A model generated the notes under the pieces. The model saw nothing but the letters and a program-made list of their open reading frames with translations. It was not told the DNA's origin and made no database searches. Position numbers and translations under genes: made by a program. DNA of 64,000 nucleotides from contig OZ237736.1 in NCBI GenBank assembly GCA_965178125.1, forward strand, positions 62,001 through 126,000, read 5' to 3'. The stretch comes from Bilabrum cf. latius (lineage: Eukaryota). Positions 24,055 through 36,856 of the stretch are shown piece by piece (position 1 is the stretch's first letter; the number at the start of each line of letters is the position of its first letter).

Positions 24055-24981
24055 TTAAGTTATTAACTTTTTACTTTTAAATAGAGCTTTTATATTAAGT
24101 CCTTGTCCAAAAGTAAAGGGTATTTCGTATAAGTTTCCAAAAGTATCTCTAAAATACGGTACTATACTATAACTATTAAATGCTGATCTATAGAACTATT
24201 GCCATCTATGATTTCCTCCACTACTAAAGTTTATTTTAATAAAACTTGTTCCTGTTGTATTGTCTATCTTGAAATCACTTAAGATATTTTCACTTTGTAT
24301 CTCTGTACTAGATGTACTTTTATATGATGGTGTAAATTCTGGAAGTATTGGAAGAGATGGACTAATAATTTGAATATACTCCATAGTAGGAAACTAATCT
24401 AAGGTAGAAGCACTCTATTCATTGTATCCATCTAAAAGATTTATATAAGTATCACTTTTAATGTCTTTACCTTCATCATCATATTCAAATGTCTCAAATA
24501 TAGAGAATAAAGGAAAGTTAAAACTTAAAGTCCACGCACTTGTAAAAGCCGCTAAACGGGTGAAACTAAAAGTTTTAGTCTTACCGTGATATTCAAATAC
24601 TATACTATCAGTTGGAATACTAGCATCTCCACATAAATCACTAAGAGTATTATTAAATTCATTAGATAAGGTCTTAAGACTATAATATAACGACTTGGTT
24701 AAGACAATATTACGAGTGTAAGTAGTTCCATCACTCTTCTTCACAAACGACATCTTATAAATTGACTAATTATCGCTATTCTTTACTTCTTTACTTGCTA
24801 CAAATAAAGGAATACGACATTTAAGAGTCCATCGGTCAAGTGATAATAAGTAGTTTTGTGAATTTGTCAAGATATTACCTTGACGCTGTTCATGTATTGA
24901 TACTGGTCTATTAGTATTAATAGATGTTATAGTATCCTATGAGTTAATATAAAAGATATCTGGTTCTTGAATCTCTACCAT
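24055..24981 (-). CDS. Virophage minor capsid protein (penton), ~308 aa
   Basis: HEQRQGNILTNSQNYLLSLDRWTL..IPLF N-terminus; adjacent to MCP; homolog at 50895-51848. Confidence 0.82.
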
Positions 24982-25341
24982 TCTATAACATTTATCAAGA
25001 AAATAAGTCTTGTCTAATGCCCCAAATTGCGGTAATATTATAGCTATTTAAGATATATTTCCGCAATTCTGGGCGCGTACCCGTATTGACTTTTTAAAAA
25101 AGTTTTTATTAATTATTTGACTCATTGAAAAAATCCAATATTCCGAAATTTTAAAAATTTAGTATCTTAAGATATAGTATAATACCAGCGCCCCAAATTG
25201 CGATAATATATTAGGATATTAAGATATATTTCCGCAATTCTGGGCGCTTACCCGTATTCATTTTTATATTTTAGTCTTTTTAATATGGCCACCTTATAGA
25301 TATCAATTTTCAATATCTAAAAATTTATGGTATATGTCATA

Positions 25342-25890
25342 TTAACTAATTATCAAAGTAATAAGTTCATCATTATCTAGTCCTCCTCCATACTTTTTAA
25401 AAGCCTTCTTTAATTGACTATTAAACTAATCATTCGTTAAATTATGAAAGAGAAGTCTGAGCACACTCCACCGACCGCATGTGGCAGAGTTATTTGATAT
25501 TAATTGATTCTTTTGATTTGAATAGTCAACATTAATACCAGCATCTAATACGTGATCTATTAGAAGACTACTTCTATCATATAGCTTCTATGGGTCTATG
25601 ACTCCTCCTACGACTGGAATATGAGTATCAGGTAATTGACCATAACTATCCCAAAAATAAAGAGTATTCTTTGATTTATTAAATATGACCGCAGTATAAT
25701 GACCGCTCATTGTTGCTCCTTCTACTAAGTTAGGATAATAAAGGACAAATAAAGGATTTTCATCTAGAAATTGTCTGATGTTATTAGTATCACTTATTTC
25801 TTCATACATTATAACTGGTATATGCTACTTTGTAAATGTAAAGTATAGTCTTTGTACCTCTTCAGGACTTAATGCAGTGGTTATATCCAT
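25342..25890 (-). CDS. Adenain/Ulp1-like cysteine maturation protease, 182 aa
   Basis: GHY, FWDSYG and NQ...ATCGRW (His-Asp-Gln-Cys catalytic set). Confidence 0.9.
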
Positions 25891-25909
25891 ATACTTAATA
25901 CTAAGAAAA

Positions 25910-26977
25910 TTAATATACGAACATCTATTTAGGACAAGTGATAAAATTATAAGTCTTATTAATACATAGCCATCTATTACCTTCTCCAAACAATTTATAA
26001 ACACGATTTATAAGACTTGCATCAAATCCTAAATATGCTTTCATTAAATATTTGCTAAATTTCCATAGATTTCTCTTAAATAAAATAATATTATGACTTT
26101 CCATGACTATTGACCTAGTATTCGCATAATCATTCGTTAAATGACTTATAACTATCATATTTGTTGAGCTATGTCTTCCAACTTCACCTATACGCTTAAT
26201 TAAGAATAACGCTCTCTACTTTTTATCACCGTTTAAGGCTTCATAATCATCAAATACCACCACAGAAGGACCCTATTTTGCCCATTCTTCATACAATGGA
26301 GTAGTGGTAAATGATGCCTTTGTCTTGTCTTTACTTGTTGGTTTCATTCTTTCTATCTCTATCTCTCTTTTAATTAATTCATGAGGTTCTAATGACTTCT
26401 TTTCCTACCTAAAGAATATCTTTTCTTCTTTGTATTTCCTCATTAAGTCATCATAACTATCGTTTCTATCTACTGCTACTAATTTATCAATATCAATAAA
26501 ATTACCATATTTTAAATAAGTTGGATTTGTTTCCTGTACTGGTGTAATGACTAAAACCCTCTTCTTTGGAATGAACATATGATAATACTTGAGTAAAGAC
26601 TTAGCAATATAAGACTTACCAGCACCAGCCTAACCACTTAAATAGTGTATTTGTCTTTTGGTCTCATCATCAAAGAATGGGACTATTTCAAACTAACTCT
26701 TATCATCTATTCTTAACTCGTTAGTCTTTCTAACTAGTTTTTTATTTCCATTCACTAGCTTACACATCTCTTCACGTAATGCTTTTTTATTCTTCTCATA
26801 TTTAATTGCTCTCTTTCCATAATACTCTTCAAGTAAATCATCACTTATATCTTCTGGAGTTATGACTTTTTCCCCTACATCTTCACTAAAAAAGACGCTT
26901 TTGTTCCTCTTCTTGTGCTTGTATTCTCTTAAAGCAACTAAATGACTATTTGGTATTTCATCGTATGATAATGACAT
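25910..26977 (-). CDS. A32/FtsK-HerA-like genome packaging ATPase, 355 aa
   Basis: Walker A SG(TAG)AGAGKS, Walker B VVFDDYE, GRH, IVISH, TRSIVMESH. Confidence 0.9.
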
Positions 26978-27122
26978 TATATACTATATGTTAATATTTA
27001 TTATTTTTCTAATAATTAGTGGGTTCAAAAGGTATATTGTGAGAAGTAGCCATTTCAAATATTCATTTTAGAGTGCACAGTCTTAAGAATATGATTAAAA
27101 TATCATATAAATATATAGAATT

Positions 27123-27644
27123 ATGGATCACAAACTTCTAATTTCAAAAAGATATATTAAATCATTTTATAAGTACTCATGTAAAGTTAATTAGTACTAT
27201 AAGAAAGCAGAAGAGTAGCGTAATATGATGACAACTGATAGAGTAGATTGCTATACTAATTATATAACTTGTCTTCTAATTGCTCGTAAGTATAGAGAAT
27301 GTATTATCAATTGCAGTAAAAAGTACTATTATGATATGGACTTTACGTTAAATGATAACGGATATGTATCGTCTTCTTTTGATCACTTAAAAACATTCAA
27401 CTTTGACTATGCTAATTCAATGAAAATAAATGAATGTATAGAACAATTTAAACAATCCGTTGAGTGGGAAAGGTTATTTAAAAAAGACTTTTTTCAAATG
27501 TAGTTAATTTATGAATATCTAAAATTTTTCAGACTTAAGTGCTATTTACATGACATACGACCAGATAATCCCCTCCATCCGACAGAAAAAGTTAATAAAC
27601 TTAACGAAGAAGACATTGACGAGCTATTTTATAGTGACTGGTGA
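27123..27644 (+). CDS. Hypothetical protein (virophage A)
   Basis: ATG 27123 to TGA 27642-27644 with TAG read-through. Confidence 0.6.
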
Positions 27645-27838
27645 GACGACCGCCCCAAATTGCGGTAATATTATAGCTATTTAAGATATATTTCTGCAAT
27701 TCTGGGCGCGTAGGCTGTTAGAGGTTTTACATTTTCGGGTCAATCTAATGAAAATCTCACAATATAGGGCGCCCCAAATTGCGGAAATATATAAGTATCA
27801 AGAAAATTATGTCTGCAATTCTGGGCGTTTAGGTGTAT

Positions 27839-28657
27839 TCAATTATGTGAAACTAATTTAACGACCCTTTTATTGAGCTAGTCTTCTAAATATTTAATTA
27901 TAATACTTACATCTTTACTATTGAACGTATTAAAGTATTGATATACTGGTTTAATAAGTCCTAATTTACGTACATCATTCTTAAGTCTATCAATAACTCT
28001 ATTTTTTAATTTAAATGGAACTGTTGGAAGTAATAAACTTTTTAATCTTGTAATAGTCAAGTAAAGAAAGCCTACATCGGGATTCTTTATAAGTTGTTCA
28101 ATCTCTTCCTGCTTCTTCTTTTGACCTAATTCGTCGTAAATTACATCTAGTCTTTTTAATATCTTGAAATATTTTCGTTCTTTTTGTAAGTCTTTTATGT
28201 CATCTATCATCCTATCAGCTACTTGTTGAGGCTTCATTTTCAATATCTTACCTCCAATATCATATAATATGCTAACCTCTTCAATATATCCAGTATAGAC
28301 CCAACTTTCAACGAATATCATAGGATTATTCTACTATTTTAAAGATTTTAATATTTTAGGTCTATTAGTATCAAGAAATGTATCTAAAGAGACGCCATTA
28401 TCATCATATTCAACGTTATAAATATGTATTAATCTACTCCCTCTTAAGGTCTTTAATTCATTTATAACACTATTGACATCAGACAATTTAACGGGAGAGT
28501 ATAGGTCTATGTCTCCAGCCCAAAGTGAAAGCATATTATGAGTAAATGAATATGAACCATTTAAATAAATATCACTTCTATTTATTTTAAAAGACTTGAA
28601 TATCTTATTATCAAATCGTGAATAATACTTTAGCTACTACTTTGTTAATTTAACCAT
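27839..28657 (-). CDS. Putative Pol-beta-family nucleotidyltransferase-like protein, 272 aa
   Basis: LNGS...AGDIDLY motif (hGS..DxD); syntenic homolog at 53932-54747. Confidence 0.7.
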
Positions 28658-28691
28658 ATATTAATAAGAAATATTATAGTTCTTTATTATA

Positions 28692-29135
28692 ATGGACGAT
28701 TTCATAAGACAAAGACTATAGCAACTAGGTAAATCACCCTCTAATGCCAAAGTCAACAATTTAAAAGACGAATTTAAGCAAAAACTACTTGAATTATTTG
28801 AAGACTATCAAATGAATGGTGTTCAAGGTGGTTCAAAAGTTGGACGTTTTTTTAAAAAAGTAGGTAGAAAATTCAAGAAAGTAGGGCGAACAATTAAAAA
28901 AGGTATTAAAAGTAACGTAGGAAAGGCAATACGAACAGGTCTTAAGTTTGTAGCCCCTGAAGTTGGTATCCCTCTTGATGCTGCACTTAAGACTGTAGGA
29001 CTTGGAAAGGCTAAGCGTAAGAGGAAACCTAATCCAAAAGCTAAAGCAAGAGGTAAATTAGTGAGTGCGGTAATGAAGAAGTATGGCGTAAGTCTAGGAG
29101 AAGCAAGTAAAATATTAAAAGAAAATGGTATGTAA
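28692..29135 (+). CDS. Basic putative virion core protein with GG cleavage motif
   Basis: VQGG followed by amphipathic SKVGRFFKKVGRKF; Lys/Arg-rich; positional counterpart at 54805-55194. Confidence 0.7.
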
Positions 29136-29174
29136 ATTTAATAATATTATCTATTATCATAATATAATTATACG

Positions 29175-30788
29175 ATGTCTAAAAAAAGAACAGCAGTATT
29201 GGAAGACTTACTCGATGGACTTGTGGAAAGTAGAGCCCCTACAAGTCAAGCAAGACGAAAGGTAAGAAACGAAGAGAGAGCCATAAGAGCAGCTATAGGA
29301 GAAGCTAAACGAAAACAAAAGATTCAATTAGAAGAGGACTTTATGCCATTAGAAGAAAAGAGAAAATTAAAAAGAATAGCAAATCTTATGAAAAGGACTT
29401 TAAAAAGAGTTAAAGAGAATAGCAAGAAAGGTAAAAAGTATAAAGTAGCTGATATTGATCAAGTTGTAAGACTAGCCAAAGATAATGAACTACTTGATGA
29501 AGATGCTGAAGCTATTGCTAAGATGATATAGAATATTCCATATATGAGCTCATCTAATACACTATTTCAAAAAGGTAAAGCTGAGTCAAAACTTAACGAC
29601 GCATTAAATAACTTATTTATTGAAGCGGAAGAAATTGATAATTTACCTAAAGATATAGAAGACCTAGAAGGTGACTTAAGCAAAGAGTAGCTCCAACAAC
29701 TTCTTATTGATAATAATGTTAAACCTGAAACAATTGAAGGTATGAGTAAGCAGAGATTAAATGACCTAGCTACACGTATTCTTTTAATTAAAAGAAGACA
29801 AAATGAAAAAGGTAACCCAAGTAAAACATTTGAAAGAATTGAGGATGATTTTGACAAGCTAACTAGTCTAAGAAGACTTAATTTAAACAGGCAAGTATAT
29901 GATTTTGATGAAAGAAGGATGCTAGCCCGACGTAATGCACTTAGAAAGATTGCCCAAACAAAAGGTAATACAAGTGCTCTTGAAATGATAAACAAACTGA
30001 CTAAATTACTTGGACCGACTTATCAAGGTAAAGCGTTGTCGACTATGGATTACCATACTGAACTTAAACCACTATTTAATGAAATTAAGTCTGGACGATA
30101 TACTGACTTAAGCGCAGATGATAGAGCGAAAGGGATTACTAGAATGGGTAAAGAGTTTGTTGAAAATGAAAAGAAGGTTAAAAGTATGGCCGATAATTCA
30201 TCACGACGAAGAGCTTTTGGATAGTTAAGAGATTTTACAAGTGCTCAAAAAGCTGAAAGAGAAGAAAAGTTGAAACAAAGACGTGAAAGACAAGACTCAT
30301 AGATGGCACAATTGATGGCAGCACAAAGAAGCAGAAAAATGACGCAAAGACGCAAAAGATCTAAAAGTATAACAGAGAAAGCACCTCAACAGAAGACTCC
30401 TTCATCACCTGCTGGTGTACTAATGACGAATAGACAAAGAGATCCAGACTTACGAAGACAGGCCGCTTTAAGTGGTCTATCTAATGAAGCTGCTGAATAG
30501 ATTGCAAGAGGTAATGAACCTATAGATGATGAAACAGAAGGGACATTATTAGAACAAAGACCAGATGGTGAATTTGTAGCAAACGATGCAGGTGAAGATC
30601 TTGGTAAAGGTCAAGAAGCAAGAGCAAGAGCAGCACGAGCAGCACAAGAACGGGAAGAACAAGAACAAGAAGCACAAGGTCAATCATCTAGTGGAGCAAG
30701 TGAAAGTAAGACTGGTGAAGGTTCAGGTCTAAATAAGAGACTTGATACTCTAATATCTTGGTTGGATAATAGGTTAAGAAGTCTTTAA
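29175..30788 (+). CDS. Large charged/coiled-coil protein, ~537 aa
   Basis: Three track ORFs in one frame joined by TAG; positional counterpart at 55272-57350. Confidence 0.75.
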
Positions 30789-31031
30789 ATGGTATATACT
30801 ATAATATTTTAATTTAAAAATATTACATTGTAAGAGGTGGCTATATTAAAAATGACTAAATTATAAAAATCAATACGCCTACGCGCCCAGAATTGCAGAA
30901 ATATATCTTAATATCCTAATATATTATCGCAATTTGGGGCGCTGGTATTATACTATATCTTAAGATACTAAATTTTTAAAATCTCGTAATTTAAAAAAAA
31001 AATATCTAGTCTAGCTAATATATTATAAGTA

Positions 31032-31754
31032 ATGGCAGGAATATACAATCTCTTAAACAAAAATGAATATGAATTAAAGAGTAAGTCTATTGAAGTAGAA
31101 TCAATTAAAGCAGAAGGCTTTGATGGAGCCGCTAACTTTGGACTTAACTTCAATGGTCAATCACTACCCTATATTATGAGTGGTACTAATGAAGATGCTA
31201 AGTCTTTCACATGGAGAATAGGTAAAAACTCAGCATCAGCAGGTGCATCTATCTCAATTAATGTCGCAGGTGATGGAACTCAAACCAGTACTATGACAGC
31301 AACCAACTTCTTATCATTTACCGGTACACATGTTGCATCTTGTAGTGATGTTGCTTCTAGTTTACCAGCTGGTATTGGGTCAGTGGTTACTCTTGATAGT
31401 GTAGTTAATAAAGGACCCACAACTAATGAATATGTCGTAAGTCAAGCATCTCAACATTCACCACCTTTTGGAGTATATGTAGGAGAACACCATGATGATG
31501 GTAAAGTACTTGTAGCATCTTTAGGTGATGGAGCTGTGAAAGTAAATAAAAATGGAGGAGATGTAAGTGCGGGTGACTACTTAATAAATAGCTCTGATAG
31601 TGGATATGTCTACGCGCCTAATCCTCAACCAGTCTCTGTTGATTAGACTATTGTAGCAAAAGCTCTAGTAGATGAAGACTTTTCAAGTGGTACTTCTACT
31701 GATGCTAATGGAGTAGAATATAAAGTCGTACCTTGTATTTTCTTAACAGGATAA
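31032..31754 (+). CDS. Putative fibre/spike-like protein with chaperone-like C-terminal domain
   Basis: Gly/Ser/Thr-rich beta-type sequence; SFTGTH...GDYL...TIVAKAL pattern; N-terminus resembles 43367-43888. Confidence 0.55.
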
Positions 31755-31797
31755 TTGAGTTTAATTATAGAAATATCTTTTTTATTAATATAATAAA

Positions 31798-32436
31798 ATG
31801 GATGGAATCAGTTCAAGCAGTGTCGTTGTAGGAGGTTTAAGTGTCTTACTACCTCTAGCATACTCTGGTGGTATGTCTTGTTGGTAGTGGTTATGGGATA
31901 AACCTTTACATAAACGTAAAAAAATATGTATCTGTGTGCCTGAAGGTAGTGGTAAGTCTACCGCTTGTCAAATATTACGGTCTAGTTCTAAAGACTGTTT
32001 ACTTGTTGATTTAGATAGTACTCTAGGAGTATATGTCTAGGAGCCCGAACTACTTATGAAACTAGACGAATGTAAGTTAAAAAGTGATTGGGGTAATTAT
32101 AATATACTTAATAGAAAAGCCAGTAAAGAAGCCCTTCAATGGGTAAAAGATAACTGGTTGAATGAAGGTAGTGAGAAGAGAGTAATATTTTTTACTAAAG
32201 AGTTAAGTCTAGCTAATGAGTTATTTAAAAAAGAAAGTATAGTTGTATGTCTTCCATCTAATTCACTATTCTAGAAGACATTAAAGGATAAGAAAGTAGA
32301 TAAATAGAAGTCTATGTTAGAAGACCGTAACTCATATATCAAAGAATTGAACCCTTCTAGCTATTACATTTATAATACTTACGAATAGCTTCACGATAAA
32401 TTGAGGAATTGCCTCTAGTTAGGTTACCAAATTTAA
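31798..32436 (+). CDS. P-loop (kinase-like) protein with N-terminal hydrophobic segment
   Basis: ICVPEGSGKST, LLVDLD; homolog at 57396-60026. Confidence 0.75.
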
Positions 32437-32570
32437 AAAGTCAATACACCTACGCGCCCAGAATTGCGAAAATATATCTTAAATAGCTATAATATATCCG
32501 CAATTTGGGGCGATCAAATCCTAAGTTTAATTATTCCGCCAAAAAATATTTACTATATATATATATAGAT

Positions 32571-32885
32571 ATGAACTTTAATAATATTTATAACATGAAA
32601 AGTTTGAACAATATATTAAAAAAGGTAAAGACAGCTTTTGATAAATTTTTTGATGGAAAGGACCTTCGTATTTGTGAAGTTGAAGAGCTAAAAGAAGTAG
32701 AAAAAGACTAGATTATTACCTACGAAGATATTAAGTCTATCCTAGGTCTTAAAATGGCTATGTTGCCTAAATATGAAGGAATGTTTTAGATGGCGCAAGA
32801 TTACAAAGATTTTCGTATTATTAATGGCTTACTTGATTTAGAAATTATGAATGAGTTAAAACGTGTGGAAAAATCAACACGGTGA
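32571..32885 (+). CDS. Hypothetical protein flanked by two palindromes
   Basis: ATG after promoter motif; two TAG; TGA stop. Confidence 0.6.
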
Positions 32886-33000
32886 GACGCCCAGAATTGC
32901 GAAAATATATCTTAAATAGCTATAATATATCCGCAATTTGGGGCACTCGAAATATCTAACCTGTCAATTTGTATTTTTATAATTAAAATACATACTGATA

Positions 33001-33507
33001 TTACAATTTATAATCTAGACAAATATTGTCTGGTTGTTTAGAAGTATTACATAATAGACTTAACTTTTGATCTATTTCTTTTTCTACTCCTGTTTTAGTC
33101 TTTTCGTCTTCTTGTTCCATCTCTTGGACAGTCTCGTTGAATTTATCCATATCACCGTAAGTCTTTATAAATACTTGTTTTTTCTCGGACATCTTGATTT
33201 TGCTATCCTCCACATATTGCTCACCTTCAATATTACATAATATATTATTAAGATGGAGATAACTTTCTGCTTTGTCATCGTGATCGGTGCTTAATACTTC
33301 AACATACTTTGTTTTAAATCTAAGTTCCAAGTTATGACGTATTTCACTCATATGTTTATGGATCTCTTTTGGGTCTTCTATTTCGCTCTCTTCATACATT
33401 GCTATTATAGTACTTATGACATCACTAGGGTTTTCGTCTCGTATTTTAAGTATTAAACTAAAGACATCAAAGTATTCATTTAAAAACTTCCAAATTGTGT
33501 TTTTCAT
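33001..33507 (-). CDS. Hypothetical protein
   Basis: Intact 168-aa ORF with TATATATAG upstream. Confidence 0.65.
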   Translation of the reverse strand: MKNTIWKFLNEYFDVFSLILKIRDENPSDVISTIIAMYEESEIEDPKEIHKHMSEIRHNLELRFKTKYVEVLSTDHDDKAESYLHLNNILCNIEGEQYVEDSKIKMSEKKQVFIKTYGDMDKFNETVQEMEQEDEKTKTGVEKEIDQKLSLLCNTSKQPDNICLDYKL

Positions 33508-33526
33508 TTACCTATATATATAGTGG

Positions 33527-34192
33527 TCATTTTAATAAGATATTTTTAAACTTTGTAAAGTTATCATGAATTTTATCACTATCACCCCAGCACACTTTAG
33601 CATACCATAAGTTGCTGTCATACATATCGGTCTCATCAAAATGAATATGTCCTAATACTCGCTTTCTCATTTTATCAGCGTGTGATTTACCTCTTCTTAA
33701 AGCATCAGGATAAGTCTATGTATTCTTTTTGTTAAAATATACCTTTGTATCATTAATCTCTACACAATAAACATATTCAGGTTTATCACTCACTGTAAGA
33801 TCACTAATATTGATTTTTGGTTTTGGTTTCTCTTCAATGACTTCACTCACTACTTCACTACTTGTATCACTATATGTATCATTCAAATAGTCTTCCTCTT
33901 TATTATCCTCTATGTCTTCGCTATCTAATTCAACATCTTCCAATATAGCCTATTGTCGTTCTAATTGTGGAGGTTTTAACTAGATAGGTTCTATTTTAGA
34001 CGGTTGTCTCACTAAATTTATAGTTGCTATCTCGTCCCCTTCATCATCTATTTCACCCTATAAACTTGAATAATGCTTGTTAATCCATAACATTTTTAAG
34101 TCATCACGAGACCACTTGTACTTTTCACTTAACTTGACTACTCTTTTTAGAAGGTCTTTATTTTTGTATCTTGTTATATTTAACAATTCCAT
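33527..34192 (-). CDS. Hypothetical acidic protein, homolog of 39054-39824
   Basis: One frame with TAG; YCVEINDTKVYF...SNLWYAKV versus YKVSVNGNDVFF...PEFWNSRV in B. Confidence 0.65.
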
Positions 34193-34422
34193 ATACTTAT
34201 TATAAATAATTTCTTTGACTTTGTTTTATATTAATATGGTAAATACTAGAAAAAATTAATATTTCAAAAGTCGTATCTATACACTGGCTAACATAAAATG
34301 ATAAAATTATAAAAATCAATACACCTACGCGCCCAGAATTGCGGAAATATATCTTAATATCCTAATATATTATCGCAATTTGGGGCGCTGGTATTATGCC
34401 ATAAAGTATATTACTAGATTAA

Positions 34423-36078
34423 TTATCTCTATCTATCAGAATAGTCTTTCGCAAGTGGTCGTATTTGGTCTTTCCCATAATCCTATTCTAATTTCTTACG
34501 GGTAATCCATTCATTAAACTTATTAGAATATCCCTTATATTTGACTAAGTATTCAATAAGTCTATCTTTATTTTGTCTTTTATCTAAAAACTTCTCTATT
34601 GTGTCTGGTTCTACTTCTAAACCTTCAACATTATCAATTTCAGGCTCTTCACTTTCCTTGTCTATGTCATCATTTACCTTATCTTCGTGTTCTACATTGT
34701 CTATTTTCTATAACTGTGAAGCATTAAAGAATCCAGTAAGAGGTTCTCCCTCTTTGTCCATTACTTTATATTTAATCCTCTACTTAGGATTTCTTGGTTT
34801 GGTCTTCTATCTAACAGTGAAGACTTCTCTAGACCAATTAAATAAATTTCCTTTAAACTTGTTCTTCTCAAGTAATACTCTAACTCTATCCCCTACATTA
34901 AGATCTTTATCATTCCCGTCGAAATTATTGGATAATTTCTTATTTTCAATTCTAGATCTAACTACTTCTAAATTTTCGGGTTTCATTGCTTCTAGTGGAG
35001 ACATTCCTATAGTGTTGTGTTTTCTCTTATTATATGCTCTTACTAGTCTCTATAATGACGTATGCCAAACACCATCACTGTCATTCTTAATAGCAAAGTC
35101 TTTTCTAATCTATTCTTTTATAGTCCTATTAAGTCTTTCAACTGCACCATTAGACTATGGATTTCCTGCGATGGTGAATAGTGGTTTTATGTCATTGTCA
35201 TTCATAAATTTAATATATGCCTCTTTATTAAACTCATTATCACTTAACATAACAGTCGGTTTTCTCCAATTAGGTTTCTTAAATAGTTTCTTCATCTCAC
35301 GAATTATATTAACTAATGTCTTATCTTTTAATGAAATACTCCATAGGTATTTTGTGAATATATCCATTATATTTAATATCCAATTATAGCCGTCATTAGT
35401 GTCTGAATACTTTTGCATGTCTATTAAGTCCAATGCGTAAATTGAGAAAGGCTTAGTAGGTACAAAAGAACTTACTGCTGACTGTTTAGGTCGTTTTTTG
35501 GTCAATTGGTGGAGCATCTAGTTATTTAACCACTTTTCTACTTGTCGTCTTTTAATACGTTTATCTTTTTGTCTAGCTAGGTCATATAACGCATCACGAC
35601 TGACTACATTACCTTCTTCATAATATAGTTTCTTTAATATTGGTTTATAATTAAATTTGTCTTTGTCGTCCTCATCTTCTACTTCAATTAATTTACCGGT
35701 TGGTTTATTAAGTTTTTTCGTCTAAGCTTTAGTCATCTTATAAAAAAGACGAACTAGGTTAGACTATTGAACGCTAAAATGAACACGACTCACTAAGTTA
35801 TATAAAGTGAAATAGTCTCCATCCTTCTATATTGAGTTAATTACCCCACCTCTTCTAAATAGTGGCTTTCCCTTGATATTACTTACATAAGATACATAAG
35901 AATATAAAGGTATTTTTTTAATACTTGCTTTGGTAGTTGGTACCTCTTCAAATCCTTTATCAAGTAGTCCCTTAATAGTGGCTTCTAAATTATCACTATC
36001 TTTTTGATTTTTTGTCGGTTCATCACCATACGTGTAAGATATTTTACCTCTAGTGTATGTCTTGCCTTTATTAGTCAT
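34423..36078 (-). CDS. Retroviral-type (rve) DDE integrase with C-terminal chromodomain, ~551 aa
   Basis: ALDLIDM, MDIFTKY, LSDNEF, NGAVERLNRTIK; chromodomain EYLVKYKGYSNKFNEW. Confidence 0.9.
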
Positions 36079-36438
36079 ATTTACTATATATATAGTAGAT
36101 ATAAATTTTGGCGTTAATTAAACGATTTTATAACATATTGTCTTCTGTTATTTCTTCTAGTTGTTTATGCTGTAATTGTTCCATTTTTCTTTAATATTTC
36201 TTCTCGTTCTTCTTTACTTTGAAGATTATAAAAAAGAGTCTATGATCCATTTGACATATCCCACTCATTGCCATCAAAACATAATTTAATTTCATCTTTT
36301 AAATTGTCCTCTATAGCTTTTATAGCCTTTTCAATAACTTTATTATTTTTACAAGCTTTTAAAAACTTGGGAGACATTATAATTTTCAAGTCGTACATAT
36401 ATATAAAGACGATATAATATGTTGGCGTAAATTAAACA

Positions 36439-36856
36439 TTATTTCTTATATTTCTTTCTCTTCTAGTTACAGTCATAACAAAACCAGAAAGTGGCTCCTG
36501 GTTTAATAAGATACTTTTCACATTTCTTACATTGTGAGTATTTCCTCTTTTTATTATAACAACTAAGACAAGTCTTTTTATATTTATGTTTTTCAATGAA
36601 CTCATCGCAATCAGTGCATCTACTCTTATCTTTTAATATGTCTTTATTTAATTCGTGTTTAATGGATTTAATATGACTTTTCCAGCTACTTCTCTTTACT
36701 TGTTTATTACATACATCACAAGTCTTATACATACAGTATTTGTAGACTTTATGATCAGAGTTAAAAGTGTTATTAATACATTCAGAACCTAAATCAAATA
36801 TATCTCCAGTAGGTGGATATTTTACAAGAAAGACTGTTTTAATAGGATGTGAACAG
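36439..36856 (-). pseudogene. Multi-CxxC zinc-finger gene, 5' part cut off by insertion of virophage B
   Basis: CSHPIK...PTGDIFDLGSECI aligns with CICGHEIR...PSGYVFKVGSSCI of the intact homolog at 47729-48280; homology stops at the C7 run at 36857. Confidence 0.75.

Larger units (their letters stand above)
15443..34387. repeat. Family of 16 dispersed ~58-bp imperfect palindromes of virophage A: CGCCC(G/C)AAATTGCG-[~30 bp AT]-CGCAATTCTGGGCG, usually followed by CGTAGGTGTATTGA
   Basis: Approximate copy starts, forward: 15443, 15839, 16133, 16306, 16572, 20490, 21433, 21998, 25019, 25189, 27651, 27770. Reversed: 30884, 32455, 32888, 34330. All intergenic. Confidence 0.95.
15181..36856. mobile_element. 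Endogenous virophage A (left part; interrupted by virophage B)
   Basis: Abrupt GC-to-AT switch at ~15181. Virophage core genes (MCP, penton, protease, ATPase), rve integrase, PrimPol-helicase and its own palindrome family. Left boundary approximate. Confidence 0.9.

Noticed and set aside
34541-35389. 282-aa plus-strand ORF
   Set aside because: Antisense shadow of the integrase.
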